NCBI GenBank assembly: GCA_040954595.2
Contig: CM082578.2
Location: forward strand, 3,206,831-3,270,830
From: Balanoglossus misakiensis
Taxonomy: Eukaryota > Animalia > Hemichordata
Length of the DNA stretch: 64,000 nucleotides
Direction: 5' to 3'
Shown one piece after another: positions 1-23,190 of this stretch. A program made the position numbers and the translations under genes. Under the pieces are notes generated by a model, which had not been told where the DNA came from, did no database searches, and was given only the letters and a program-made list of their open reading frames with translations. Each line of letters opens with the position of its first letter. Position 1 is the first letter of the stretch.

Positions 1-195
1 CCAGACCCGATACGCTAGCCAGTTATCAAGTGGACTACCCTTCAGCAGATACCTTCGAAGTTGTGCCACCGTATGGGATTTTATATGACAGCAGCTGTGA
101 CAACCATCCTCATAGTTGTAACCATCTCCATTGCGTCTACATGTTTGCTATCTGTGAGATATTTAGGCTATCTGCGCTTCATTTTGTCTTGACAG

Positions 196-8431
<8,236 letters not shown>

Positions 8432-11400
8432 ATTCGGAAAATCATGCATGTAGCAAGAATTCTGTGATGAGAAACAAAGCATAGTTTTCATTATGTGAAG
8501 CTTTCATTATCACATTGCTAAGATTTAACACATTTTACAACGGAGGACAAAAATGAAAAAAAAAGAAATGGTTTCGCCATTCTGATTGTGTTTTGGGCAA
8601 TAGCATATTGTCACAACTGTACGTATGTTAAACAAGTCAAGCGCAGCCCTGACGCTTTTAGTTCTGATCCACATAGTGTACTGTAGTGCCCCTTAAGGTG
8701 AATAGGCGAGCTTTATTCTGATCATTTATGCAGTGGCGGTGGGAAGATATACATGTACTATATAAACCGAAGGGGAAGGCAAAAATCGACTAGGCTCGAA
8801 ATTATTATGTCTTGATGATATTGTATTCAGAAAACATGTGTATTTCACTCGTTAAATGACATGTTCTCTTAAAGGCAGTATAGTCTGTATTTGTTTGTTT
8901 TTGTTTCTTGTTTATTTGTTTGTTTAGTTGGTTGGATACTCAAACATGTACATAGTCTGGTACTGCAACAATACTTGAAAGGTAGCTGAATTCGTATTTC
9001 TTGAAGTTTGCATCGTACTCTTAGTCGATCGGTAATTGAGGATATTTGGGAAGGTTTTACAAACAATCTTTAATCAAGTAATTATTCGCACTTTTTGCCT
9101 TTTACACAATAGACAGGTGATTGTACCTCCTTCACACCCACGTCCTTGTGTATTTCCAACTACACATGTGTAGATAACTGGGTGCTACCGAATGGTAGAG
9201 GGCATCATAATAAACTGGAATCAACACATATACTGTTAAAGTGTGATTTATGCATATTTTTAAAACAGCTGACGTCACTTCTCGGTCTTTATATAACTTT
9301 CTTTGTACTCCATGCTGAATTTACAAAAAACACGTATAAACATATTCTGAGAAGAATTTTGATGGTTATTTTTACCACAATTTGGCACTTTTTCCACAAA
9401 GGTACATGATAGCAGATTTTATCACAATTCAAATTTAAGTATGACCAGCATAGTGTAGCAAATGTTAAAAATGGACAAATGCATTCCGAGAAGATTTCCA
9501 CCCAAAATGGCAAATTTTACCTACATACAAAATTTCAGATTCTGTCACATATCAGTCTTAGATTATTCCCTCTAACCTGCATATCCGCGTCGCTGACAAT
9601 GGGTGTCATCACCATCTCGGATGCGGGCACCCCGTTTGCGACAATTCGCTCTGTGCGCGATTTGCGACGACCTCGCTAGAATCATAGTTGCCTATTCGTC
9701 GTATGCTTTGTTTGGGGACTAGTCGAATACGACTTGTTAAACCGATATTACGCTTCTATAAATTCCTTTTAAGAATAAAGGAGAAGGTAAATTTAACGTG
9801 TTTCGGAAGATTAGCATTTCAAACAATATATTCGATATTACAAGGTATCATGATCAAATACATTAGGTTTACTCTCTATATGACTTCACACACTTTTACT
9901 TCCGATGGTATGGGTTTGTCAATTTTTAACATCTTGGGATAACAAACGTGAATTGAAAGCATCCACAACAAAATATGGAAAACTCATAGCATCCAGCGAA
10001 ATGACACAAAATGGCACATGCACGGTGTTGTTGGCGATGCGAGTAAAATAAAGACTCTTGCAAGTGAAAATGTGATACTTTCGCATTTGAAGGTACTAAT
10101 CTGATCGCCGCCAAAAAATTGCAACATTCGCGTCCGTTCATACTTTTGCATTTTCCTCCACAAGTAGTTGTGTAATTTTTATGAGGGGGGGTCATCATAT
10201 TTTTTTGCCTGTCAAAGGGGAGGGACATCATTTTTTGGTCCAAGGTGAAGGGGGGGGGGGTCTGCCAGATTTTGGAAACCGATGACACAAACTCGCCAGC
10301 CCCCCCCCCCCCCCCCCCCCCCCCCCGCCGTAAAAATGGAAGTCTGCGCTATCTCTCTCGTGGCTACTGGACTTCAATTCTTGTGATTTCAATAAATGCA
10401 TTTCTTTGAGTTGTTTTATTTTTGTTCTTTGGCTCGTCGATCCTCGACTGGTTTTACATGACATCCATAGTACGCGCGATACATGCACGATGTCAGCACA
10501 CGAGCATGACCAGCCATGCCTGTAGACAGGGCCATCCACATTTTTTTTCTCTTCGCTACATTTTAACAAAGACTAGAAATAACATTTACCCTAAACTGAG
10601 CATCCGTTTATTGTGTTACTAATATAGATGATTTATTACTTTGACATAGTACAGTACTTGAATCGAAACAACAAGTGTTTCTTTGGTACAACACAAGTGT
10701 TGTACAGTAATAGATCATAGGAGGAACGTCAAAACGGGGGATACGCCTAGCCCCACCCCCTCACCCCACACCTCACCCCGAAAAAACTGGTATTGCATTA
10801 CACGCTTTCATTTACATATATATTTTATTCCGATACCAGGAAATATTGGGTAACGTAACTCCAAAGATAACATCAGCAGGTGTGTAATAATTAAATTTAC
10901 TTCCGAGTCTGTAATTGGTTTCTTGGTCGGAAAACAACATGTTTATTTATAAGGCAACATGTTACTGGTACATAGAATTTTTACATAAAACGGATATCTG
11001 AAAATTTTTGTAGAATTTATACGGGTATTAGAAATAACGCCAAAGGCGTATTTGTTGAACAGGAGAATTTGTTGATTCAGGCAGCAAAGATTGGGCTTCG
11101 GAAGATTTCTTAACTCTCGCCACATATATGTAACCTCGTGCATTTTTGTTCTATGTATCAAGTACGGTTTCTTATTCAGCGAAAGCTGGATTAAAAGCCT
11201 AAAAATTATACTTTTCCCTTCAAGGCTTAGGCCCTGTGTTATTTTGAGTCCTTCTTTTTATCTAGTTAGTACCGGGTTTCACAACAGACATGTGGCGCCA
11301 CAAGACTAGATGTAAAAAATGAAATTGCTATGACGTCGGCTTTTTTTGATTGAACAATCACACCTGTTGGAAATATGGCGGGAGAGTACTAGACCCACGT

Positions 11401-14400
11401 GCTTTTTCCTGTACGGTATTTCAGTTCTAGTTTGGCCAGTATTCAGGACAGCAGCATGGAAAGTTATGTGTGCCAACATCTGCTTTTATCCCTTCTGCAC
11501 ACTTATGAGTGCGGATTTCTGTGCTCGAGTACTGTTAATGAACAAACCAAGGTAGATCCACCCTTGAACGGATTCTGGACGACAATTTCCCTTCCAGAAC
11601 AAAGAAACATACGAGATGGACTTGGACCACGTGGTGGTTGAGTGTATGTGTGTGTGGGGGGGGGGGGATCAAAAGCATTTCCTAAATGACAGCCTGCATT
11701 TTTATGCGTCTTTGTCAAAACTTATGAAAAATTCAAACAGTTCCTAAGCAATTATTCATGACAAATCACGGTTTGTAAACGGGCTCCTAATTTGCTTAAT
11801 GTTCGCATGCGATATACATTAACACTGGGTTCTAACAACCTGTTAATTAATACAGCCTTGTTATTCATTAAAAAGTAAATTATGCTGTTTGAAATATTTT
11901 ATATGCACAGTATGAAGAAGAGCACCTGAATCCTTGGCTGCTGCATCAAATTTGACCCTTTGGCAGACAACATATTTCTGCTCGGCGCAGACTGTATATG
12001 ACTGTTGACCAAATAGCGGACGATGCTTATCTTAAAATCGTACTATAGATGCTTTGTAATTGTAAAACTCACGATGTGTGTCCCCATGGTCACTATTTGC
12101 GCTTTACTGCGCGGAAGTTTCACAAAACAAATTTTGAATTAGGATGTCTCCCATCTGCATTTAGTAATTAAGTTTGGGGACTTTGGCTCTGTTGCTAATT
12201 TATGGCACCTTCGATTTTTTTTTTGCGCGCGCTACCCTGGGTAAACTGGTGAGAAAGGGTGCAATGACAAGTACACATCTGGGAGATGCTACTTTAATTA
12301 AATAAGCTGCAGCAAATAATATCTTCAGGGCTGGAATGTAGGTGATCGTGATAATGTACTTACCTACGACACTTCAAATGTTTCACCATAAAAACAATGA
12401 AAACACGATTCGATAGTATGACGGTAACATTTTCTATGTTGATCTGGGGTGTCTGGGTGTCAGTATATCTCATAAGACTGAAGGGCTTTGGCAATCTGGT
12501 AGTCGGAACATTGACTCCATGATCGGAAAAAGTGTTTGCGCCAGGGTCGTCAATTCTCCCTACCTTAAATAGGTTTTAAGCTACTTAAGTGAGTGATGAA
12601 AATCTCATATGGTCGACACAATTTCAAGATGCTCGATTTTTGTTCAAGATGCTCCATGTTTAAGCAATAGGAGTTCATAAGCTAAAGAGATGATGGGTCA
12701 TTCTGAAACATTTTGACAGAAAAAATAACAAAATGTGAAAAAAGTTTAATAAGTTTACTATGGTAACTACAAAGACAGACATGTTTGACCAAAGGAAGTC
12801 ATGAAAAACAGTAAACATATCATTTCTTCTATCTCTTACCACAGTGGGTTGTCGACTTTTCGCCCAGAATTCAGTGTGATTTGACCCCTAGCGCAAAGTG
12901 AAAACCTATTTAAGACAGCCAGAATTAAGAGTGCATATTATCGCAGTTCAACTAACACGGCTGTCTTGAGTGGAATATCGATGACTTGCCCCCATATTGC
13001 TGGTGAGTATGCAGCGGACAAAGAATCAGCCACTGTCTTGGGTCTCGCGACATTAACCTGTTTTTTTAAGTCTGAAGGTTGTTTTTCTAAACAGACAGAG
13101 GGTGTGTAGAAGGTAATGGGAAGCAACATGAAAGCTAGAATGTTTTAATGTGAGATCGGTAAACTCCACGTAATTAAACAAGGTATTTAACCGTGCATCA
13201 TAAGCTAAAAAGAAATGGCGGTTGATACTCAGAATATAAATAATAAAAATATATTTGTGACAGGTGTTGGTGCTGTTATGCTTGCATGCTCCCAACCGCT
13301 CAACTTGGCGAAGCAAAGTCTCCACAGGCGCCGTGCAGCAGAGAAGCGACATACGACGGAAACGCAGCAGAAACGAGCAGCGCGCAAAGACTCTCTCTTC
13401 AGGACCCTTGAACTGTTTAACATACCACACGGGACTTCGCTTGTTTTGCCAGCTTTCGTTTTTGCTTTAGACCCGCTGCTTTGCCTGTTTTCATTTTTAT
13501 TTGGTTAGTTCAGTATCGTCTCACCACGTTTTTTTATTTGGGGCAATTGCCACCAAGTACACACCTGTCCCCACTGGAGTAGCAGTGACCTACAGCATGA
13601 AGCGAGTCATATCGAAAATGTCTCCCCCCATGAAGTCTTGGTTGCCATGACGCCGCTTGTGGGGCATCTGTGCTCGTCGGGTATACTTGGGTACCACGCC
13701 ACTACTTCATGATGCTACTCTAAGTCGGAGAGTTTCATCATGAGGTAGGAGGGGCTATGACGCCCGCTTGTTATACCTACATTCCCCCATTACTCTTAAC
13801 GGCATGTCTTGTCTCAAGCGTCATCCTTAAGAATTAATTGAAATAAAAGGGGCTGATGACGAATATACAACTCAGATTGTAACGAATCAATACTGCAATG
13901 TCGCACTTGCAAGCTATTTTATCTATTCCGTAAGCGACACTGGCGATCGAGTACACAAAACCCTTCACAAAATCAAGATGGCGACACCATTCAACATATT
14001 CTTTTTCATTTTGATGACATTGCAACTCTTTGAGAAACTGCGCATGTGACGAAGCGATGGCGTCTGCATGTAAAATTATTTAATTGATGATAACACAGTG
14101 TGGGTATTTTCGTTTACAGACATGCAGCTACCCATGGACCCAAGCAAATCGTGCCCATTGTCGAATTTCAAAGTAGTTCTGAACTCATATAAACATGTTA
14201 GTGTTGCACAGTGCTTTAATTTATTTTTGAAATTGTAGCGAATTTTAACGACCATTAAATATCGGAATAAAGAATACACTCCATGCGTAGATGTGTTATC
14301 TATAATACTTAAATACAAATTGTTAGAATTTATCTCGTGGCGATAATTTGTGACGACATAGTATTTGCATGTCCCTTATTGAGGTCACATCTGTCTTTGG

Positions 14401-14676
14401 GACAACATTTCAGACTCTGGGTGTCAGCTCTTTCAAGGGAAAATAGCAGATTGCTGTATGGCTAGCAAGATATTATCACCATCCATATAGTTGCATCTTT
14501 GATACTCTAGCTCTTTGGTATTATTTCTTGACCCTATTTTCGAAATACCGGAGAGTACTATATTTTAAATGTGAGAGCTTATTATGTTCTCTTTTCAAGC
14601 CAATCTGCATTTACGTTCCGGTATCAAAAACCAGGGATTGAAAATTATCCCTTCACCGTGATTAACTGTGTCTAAC

Positions 14677-15268
14677 TAGTCCTGTTTCAAAATGACCTAC
14701 ATTACACGTCCTATACACATGTATTGCCTGTTCTGATTGGTTTATCCGATTCTCTAAGGTCCACTTGCGGCACGCTGATTGGAGGGACCTTATAGGTTAG
14801 GAAAAGGTGAAATCCAATCATTATATGAGTGCCTTTCTTTATACATTGGGATCGAGCTTCGACCACGCGCAGGCAGCATGCCAGACAGAATACGACAACT
14901 GTATTCAGAAAGTACAAAAGACTTTGCATAACGAGGCAGTGAAATCTGGAGACCTACACATTAACCAATCAGGGAGCTGAAAATTGAATAAATACATATT
15001 AATAAGACCTAACCTACAAGGTCGTGCATAATGAGGCAGTGAACACTGGAGGACCAGACCTACACATTAACCAATCACGGAGCTGTAAAGCGAATAATAC
15101 ATAGTAATAAGACCTAACCTACAAGGTCTAGTGAATAATACATAATAATAAGACCTAACACATAAGGTCCCTCCAATCAGCGTGACGCAAGTGGACCTAA
15201 GAGTACCAGATGGACCAATCACAGATGTCGGTACATATGTCATGGACCTGACTTATGAAACAGGACTA
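14677..15268. mobile_element. Non-autonomous TIR element with TAG...CTA ends (Academ-like) and internal ~100 bp tandem repeats
   Basis: Terminal TAGTCCTGTTTCA / TGAAACAGGACTA. Subterminal inverted block aggtccacttgcggcacgctgattggagggaccttat vs ataaggtccctccaatcagcgtgacgcaagtggacct. Two ~100 bp direct units at about 14926-15128 plus a partial third. No target duplication seen. Confidence 0.75.
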
Positions 15269-16652
15269 CTTCGACCTTTCACGTCACGTGACACGTGATT
15301 GAGGGGTAAGCAAATACATGTACATCCGTTTGCTACGAATAGACGACGGTGGCGCTCATTAGTTCGGGGCCATAGGTCTTAATATAGTGTTCTGTATTCT
15401 TTATTTCAAATTTCCCCCCAAAATTGTTTATTGGACATTATGAAATACATTAAAACATGCCGTCAAAGATATCATTGCACAATTTCGCAATATGTTAGGA
15501 GATAATCTTTTCTCTTTTCGGGGACACCTTTGCTTTTTGTCAGTTGTGGTTGTCTTACTGTATTTTTTTTACTTGTGAAGTCTTTTCATAATCTTTTCAT
15601 AATTTTGGAAAACATCTCATGTGAACCAACTTTCACAGTAGACTGGTTATTCTCACTATCCACTGCCTGAGACACCTCGCCCCTAGAACGGCCATGTTTT
15701 GTAACGTATATTCAATTTGCTGGTAGAGTTACTCCGTTTCCTTGGCTCGCACAACTATCTCAAAATATTGTTGAGCATTGTAATCGCGCAACCCTCTGAA
15801 ATTGGACATTTTAAATATATAGATGTAAAACAGACACAATCGGCACTCTGTCCCGAAATGCAGACCCTCGCTCTCCTAACAAAGCCAATTAAACCCCCAA
15901 CAATTTCACATCCTACAGTGCGCGATTTTCAATAATTTCTCGCCACAAAGATACTCAGAAAAACAATCAGTGTTAAATGTCAATGCAAATTTGGTCAGAA
16001 TTGCTGGTATTACTGGGCGTGGTGCATGTTCGCATTGTGGTTCAATTTAATCGTGTCCGACACGTCATATGCGGTTTGCTATACTCGGACAACTCGATCT
16101 TGGGATTGCAACGTCAAAGACAAGGTAAGAAGTGATGTTCCTCAACCTGTATAGGCTTTACTTTTTATCGTTTTGATTGAAATGTTTCCCCATTGGGTCA
16201 CATTATGTAACATCAAATAATATACGCATAAATATTCAAGTTACAAAATAAGTACTGTACCCTGACATTTGCTACGAATCCTATTAGGACATAAAACAAC
16301 CATCAACGCCAGTATTCGAATCACAGAATTTTCAAATTTTGGTCCTGCAAACGTTACTAAAATTTATAGGCCATTCGTTCACAATTTTAACTGTACACTT
16401 TGGGCACCATATACAAGACATTCCCCTCGTCTAATTGTGGTTTGTCTTGTTTAATCTGCCCTGTTATGTGTACTGATCAGGGAATTGCTTGTCAGATTTT
16501 TCCAACAACTATTTATATAGAGTGGGTGGTGTGTACTTTTCCACCCCTTTCTTTACGTTTCACAATCATAATAATTTCTCTATCTTTCAATCTGGACACA
16601 ATCACACTTTATCCAGTTATTTTTAGTAGTCTTTGCCGTCTTATCCGTCGTG

Positions 16653-19600
16653 ATGTGGAGACCATCGGGCTCAATACTACTACTAGCGGCAGTTTTACTT
16701 TCCGTGGTTGGGCTGGCGGAGGGGGCGCCGTCTGCAATAAACGATGGACGCACAGATTTGCTATGGGAAAGATACATCGTTGTTCTGAAGGTAAACATTT
16801 TTATGAGAAAATGATTGAAGATCTTCAAACCACAGAACACGATATGAAAATTGGTACGAACGTTTGTAGATCTGGTATCAGTCTACAATTTTGTGTTTGT
16901 ATATTTATAGGCAGACAATGCTCACGCTTCTGACTGTTTGGTGGACGTCACGCAGATTAAATACCCGCACAAAATGCTGTCATACATGTAACACGGGCCT
17001 GTCAGCACGCAACTAATGATAATTGAGATTTTTTTGTCATTTTGGTCTCTTCCTGAACCATTATTAATTATTACTCAATGTTAAGTTTTATTCATTCACC
17101 AAGCATACTATATTTTGTCCACTAGTGCAGTACTTGTAATCGAATCACTAACGTATAATGTAGGTCGTGCCTGACAAAGATTAAAATGTCCCGATTATAG
17201 TAATTTACGCAGAAATCAGTGTTCCTTTCTAACCTAAAACGACACTCCTACTTAAAGTTCACAGATATCATTCTGGAATCCGCCGTGATGGTATTTTATG
17301 GGATGTTTCTTTAATAAGTGGAATAATATACAATCAAACTTGTCAAAGATTTGTTTGAAACAAAATGGCGTCGCATGCACACAATGTATTTTATATTGAT
17401 TTTTGATTCACTGTTCTCACCAGAAGGAACATGGCCCTGAGATGGTCGATCATATCGTGAGTAGAATCCCTGCTGAAAAAGTGGCGAATACTCGGAAATT
17501 CATGAAACTCTTCGTGGGATTTTCTACAACTATTATGGACGATCAAGCAGTGCAGATGGTAGGGCCCGCCAAAATATGCCTCCTCGTTCGATGTAACAAT
17601 TGTCTACACTTCATTTTAGGCAGTCCCAGATGACGCAAGCCAATTTTGTTCATAAACCGGGTGTAAATCCCGGCAGGTATTTATATTCAAGGAAGTACAC
17701 GAAGTCTAATTTGAATGGTATGTCGATAGACAATATGTCATTCTATATGCGCACTTGAAGACCGAGCTAGTGTCATTTTGTATTCAACACACAAAAGGCT
17801 GGTATCCATGGATACCAACCTGGATTTTGAAAACTAGGAGTGCTGTATGGCACTTTAACTGCAGATTGCGTGTTTGCGACGAAGGTCTCTTTACCCCCCC
17901 CCCCCCCCCCCCCCCCGCCTTGCCCTCCTATGTAAAGATGGCACTGGAACGCAGCATTGTAAACAATAAACAATGTCCACTTCCATTCAGATTCAGGATT
18001 ATAACGAGGTTCACTTCGTGGAAAAGGACAGTTCTGTATTCGCTAGTTATGTTGGAAGCTGGGGTCTAGATAGAGTAGATCAGAGAGACCTGCCACTAGA
18101 TGGCAGCTTCCGTCCCTCGGGTAAGCATATATAGCTGATAATTAATGTACAATTATATGGCATGTGCAATATGAACAAGAAAAGTCTTCTTTGACGGATG
18201 CTGATTTAGTTTTTATATCTTTATTAACTTCGCCCTTTAGTAATCTTAGAAAATAAATATTTACCTACGTTGGTTTATCCAAAATATACAATTTATATAT
18301 TGTTTCAGGCGACGGCACTGGTGTTAACGTATATGTCTTTGATACTGGAATACGGTTTGACCATGTTGATTTTGGCGGGAGAGCAAGAACTTTCTTTAAT
18401 ATCTTTGAAAAGCCGGTACGTCCATTCGTTCGTCCGTCAGTCTGTGAATGAGTGAGTGAGAGAGTGACTGACTGACTGACTGACTGACTGACTGAATGAA
18501 TGAATGAATGAATGAATGAATGAATGAATGAATGAATGAATGAATGAATGAATGAATGCATGAATGAATGACTAGTACTTCAGTGAGTGACTGAGTGAGG
18601 TAGGGTGAGTATGTCCGTCCGTCCGTTCGTCTGTCTGTCTGTCTGTCTATATGTATGCGTGCGTTCGCGTGTGTGTATGTGTGTGCGTGCGTCCGCGTTC
18701 CTGTGTGCGTGGAGAAGAACGTGCATTCACATGCATGTTATGTTTGACTACATATTCCACGTTATAAACCAACAGGCAAGAAATGGCGACTGCAATGGAC
18801 ACGGCACACACTGTGCTGGAATAATAGGCGGACGGAAGTATGGTGTTGCGAAGAACGTAACACTTTGGGCTGTAAGAGTACTCAGTTGCGAGGGCTCCGG
18901 TTTAACGTCGGACGTTTTGGAAGGTAAAGGATGCACGAATGCGTGCCTGATGACACATATTGGGGCATTGGGAGTTTAAATGAATTTAAAATATGGCCTT
19001 AAATTCAGTTGATAACGAACGATACGATAAAAAACATGTTATACAACGGGGTGTCTAGGTATGCTGTTAGGATTGGAAGAAGAACGTTTTGTTGTGATAC
19101 AGAAAATCTTCGAATATATATTTTTTGCATATAGGTCTGGAACACGTTGCACTTCACGGGGAAAAACCTGCAGTCATTTCGATGTCACTCGGTGGTCCCC
19201 AATCAGTATCAATGAATTTGGCCATAACATCCATGGTTCATCATGACTTCACTGTCGTTGTGGCGGCAGGCAACGACGACAAAGATGCTTGCAACATATC
19301 GCCAGCCGGGGCCCAGGAGGTATTTGACCCCTTCAATGCACGCCATAGTCTACCTGTCGCCATTTTTCACAACATTAAATTCACGATAATTTTATCCACA
19401 TTTTTAAACATTTTGATCAATACCATAGATAGAAAATACGTCCTCGTGTTCCAAATTGAAAACTTCTTTCTTCAATTCAGAGAAAATCTCGCAAGCGATT
19501 AAACATAAAAATTCAACTATGAGTACCGGTTCGAAAAATATAATAGAATTTCCAGGCACTCTATCCATATATGAAGGGCAGACTTACACGTAACATACTT

Positions 19601-20577
19601 TGGTTTTGCCTAAAGACTTTTTTCTTTGTCAGGCAATAACAGTAGGATCAATCGGTCACGGAGACATCAGATCAAGTTTTTCAAATTACGGACCGTGTGT
19701 CAACATTTTTGCTCCGGGTGAACACATCCGAAGTGACTACTGCACGTCTCCAGTGGCAACCGCCATTTTGACAGGGACTTCAATGGCAGCACCGCACGTA
19801 ACAGGTACCTGCAAATAAATATTCTTTTCAAGAGTGCAGGCGTTTTATGGTATTTATTAGTGAGATTTGAAGATCAGATTAACCACGAATTCTGCTGGTA
19901 TGCCAATCATACTTGCCACAAATGTCGCTTAAGCTTCACGGCTTTTCTGGTCAACCTTGATCGATGGAGTGACTTGTTGCTGGAGCGTGTATTCGACACA
20001 CAGAATCTGTTTCTTTTAGTTGCTATTGATTCTTAGTTGAGGTTCAAATTCTTTAGTCACCATGGGACTGGAGCAGAATGGAATTTTGTCTATATTCTCC
20101 GGATATAGTATGCACTGTATTTTCCGAAATGAAGAAACGCCTTTTCCAGTTTATGGAAGCAAGCAAGCAAGAGAACAAACTGCACGTTTCCATCCTACTA
20201 AAGCGACAACCGCGTTTCTAGCCTGTGATAGTTGTCATCAGTCTATCATATTTGTGTGTGAGGTATAGAAATGCCTATGTTTTGTATGCGTGTACAAGCC
20301 TCAGCTGGTCATAAGTGAAACACTTCGTGACATGCGTTGCTCGCCCCTTGTCCATCAAGGTAACAGCAAGCTTCATTTTATTGCAGGTGTTGCGGCGTTG
20401 AAACTCCAAGAGAACCCGTCTTTATCGCCATGGCAGGTGAAAAGCACTCTTATTTGCACAGCGACGCCAGATTGTGTCGTCAACGCGGAATCAAAGGCCA
20501 ATTTGCTGGTGTACGATAGCTTGCACTATGACAATGTTTCGCTGTCACTTAATCAAGATATTTACTGCAGCTTATAA
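16653..20577 (+). CDS. Secreted subtilisin-family (S8A, proteinase K/aqualysin/PCSK9-like) serine protease with I9 propeptide
   Basis: Exons 16653-16790 (signal peptide [25 protein letters not shown]9 motif YIVVLK), 17424-17558, 17991-18120 ([14 protein letters not shown]), 18309-18415 (VYVFDTG, catalytic Asp), 18776-18923 (GHGTHCAG, His), 19135-19319 (SMSLGG, AAGN oxyanion Asn), 19633-19804 (GTSMAAPHV, Ser), 20387-20577 (stop TAA). All junctions are GT-AG and in phase. Confidence 0.95.
18446..18570. repeat. Compound (TGAG)n-(TGAC)n-(TGAA)n microsatellite, intronic
   Basis: Directly visible. Confidence 0.97.
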
Positions 20578-22627
20578 ATCAGTGTGCTTACCAAACATAT
20601 TCATCAAAAATGTATGGAATGGGTTCAAGGTAATCATATGTGGTTGTCACTGTGTTACAGGTGAAAGTTAAGGTAAGAAGCGAAAATATCAGACAAATGA
20701 TAGCTGTCCTCCAAAACTTCAAATTCTTTGCTATATTAAATTGTTTCAAATTGAAGACACATTTAACTTACTCATCCATTTGCACGATGACCTCATTATT
20801 AGTCTAAATTTTAAGAGAGAATAATTGATTGCCTTCAGCAACATATGAGAAAAAGTTTAAGATTGATATCAGCGGCGCGTACTACCTTAACGCCACATCT
20901 TGGATTTCCACACTAGTTGTAATGTTAATAATAAAATCAACCCCTTTCATAATGTATTTCTGATCTGCTTTACGCAATGCAATGACACAACATGGCGCGT
21001 GACACACAATTTGAAAGGGCTATTAGTTGAATGATGAATAAAGTTCACAAATAATGCTTCTCACGGCCATTGTCGCTATATTTCACTCTCCTGATCAAAG
21101 GCGGGATCGTTTCAAGTAATTTATCACTATGGTTGTGGCGCTGTTGTATCAGTTTTGGCAGTGGACTTGCAAAGCATCTACTTGAGTGTGATTGTTTTGC
21201 TTCTAAGCCTTGATATGTGCGGCATTTCACAGTAATAGGGGGAAATTTACGCACGCGTAATCCCTTTATGAAGACAGTTATTGGAAAACTGTTTAAATTA
21301 CACGCTCATGTGAATGTTGAGTCTGTGTGAATATTTTTGAATGACACACAAGTAAGTTACGCCAACATTATATGTTTCCTCAACTGTGTTCCTCAAACGG
21401 CAGGTACATTTGTATCTCTGGAATGTCGATAATCATGAGTTTGTAACAACCTCAGAGCAATTTACAGGGGTACCTAAGACATTGTAGTTCAGAGAAAGAA
21501 ATCAGTAGTTATGCTCCCCAACCCGGTAGTTCAGAGCCAATTTCCAATGATTCGGAACCCCAAATCTATAGTTCAGAACTCAGGTCCCGTAATTCACACC
21601 CCGAAACGGGCGTTCAGAAAGTGGTTTCATGAAATTTCCACCATTGCGGGCGCAAACAAGATGGCCGAACACAGTGGAAAGATCGGCGATGGTGAGTATT
21701 TTATGTGATTTCTACATATTTATGACGATTATTGTCACAAAATATATCGCGTACAGTGTAACTGACCATGATGCTTAGCTTTGTAAAGTTTCACTGTTCA
21801 GTGTTTCGGAATTACAGAGAAATCGGCGTCCCAGCTCTTTTACCCGGGCAGTCTTAGTACATTGTACACTGTATACAATGTAGTTGTCGTACACGTTTTA
21901 CAATTACGATCCCTAGCAATGTAATACCTGCACATGTACATGTACCGTTTGAGTTTGGCAGGCGTAATTGATGATGGCTTATGGGAAGTAATGTATTTTG
22001 AGTTTCCTTTTGAATGAGAGACCGAATAAGGCATTGAACTTTTGTCAATACAGCGTAATGGCAGGCCTATGTTCAGAAAATTTGATGCAGACAGTGTAGA
22101 TACATGTATGTGACCATAGATAGCCCCTTCCGCCTTGTTCATACTGAGTGTGTGTGTGTGTTTATCATTGATTAATACATGTATAACAAACAATGAAACA
22201 TTAATTTTAATTTATTTGTTTGTTTTCGAATATGTGCATGTTTGTTTGTTCATTTTTTGTAAACAGGCTAAGATTAGAGTATGTTAGGGTTATGGTAATT
22301 GGGGTGCGCGTGCAGTGGGATTGGGGTCACGTCCCCTCTCTCACGAGTACCCCATATTGCAAATGTTAACTTTTAGTACATGTATTGTCGCCTCGATCTT
22401 CAAGCAAATTTTAAACCTTCACATCCATTAAAATTGAATAATTTTCTCCATGATTTTTTTCCTTAAATGTTTTAACTGGTTTTTATTTTTCCATAGCAAT
22501 GCGGGTTCTGCACAATATTGAATGTAGTGAAGCTTTGGATTGGAAGCCATGATCAATGCTCATCTATTCCGAGAAGAAATAGCACCACTTGGATTCATAT
22601 GCTGTTTGTTCTTGTTAATCGAGATAT

Positions 22628-23190
22628 TTCGAAAACACAAATTTATACAAATTGAGACGATGAGCACAGATAGCAGCCAGCATATTGTTTAATGTTTTAT
22701 CAGTTATTGTTTGGTTGTTAAAAAATAAATCCTCTGCCAGTTGGGTACTACGCCACCTTTACCCCTCGGTCCATGTCTGTCCACTATCACCACTGTTTAT
22801 ATCTAAAGAAACACCCCATATCTGTTATAATGTTCCAGCTAAAGCACACTGATCAGTACATTCACATATTAACCCCTGCACAAACAGCTGGCTTTTATAT
22901 GGCTGACCATGCAATGTTTGTGTAGGGGTTAATCACATGTGAATGGTAATCTCTTGGAAAAACTGGTCAGCGGATTTTAGCTTGGACACTTTAACTGAAA
23001 GGGGCTGTTTCTTTACATATATACACTGATACTGATAGTGGACAGACATTGGCCTAGGGGTTAAGGTGGTGTAGTACACCATTGGCAGAGGATTTATTTA
23101 TTAACAATCAAACAATAACTGATAAAATATCAAATAACATGCTGACTGCTCTCAGACTCTGTGCTCTTATCGTATAAATTTGTTTTTGAA
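22628..23190. mobile_element. Foldback/MITE-like element, almost entirely palindromic (~560 bp)
   Basis: Arms pair along their length, e.g. ttttatcagttattgtttggttgttaa / ttaacaatcaaacaataactgataaaa, atgtctgtccactatca / tgatagtggacagacat, ttaacccctgcacaaaca / tgtttgtgtaggggttaa, leaving a short central loop near 22890-22910. Confidence 0.85.

Noticed and set aside
13215-13508. GC-richer ORF cluster with a possible splice acceptor
   Set aside because: No recognisable domain and no compatible neighbouring exons.
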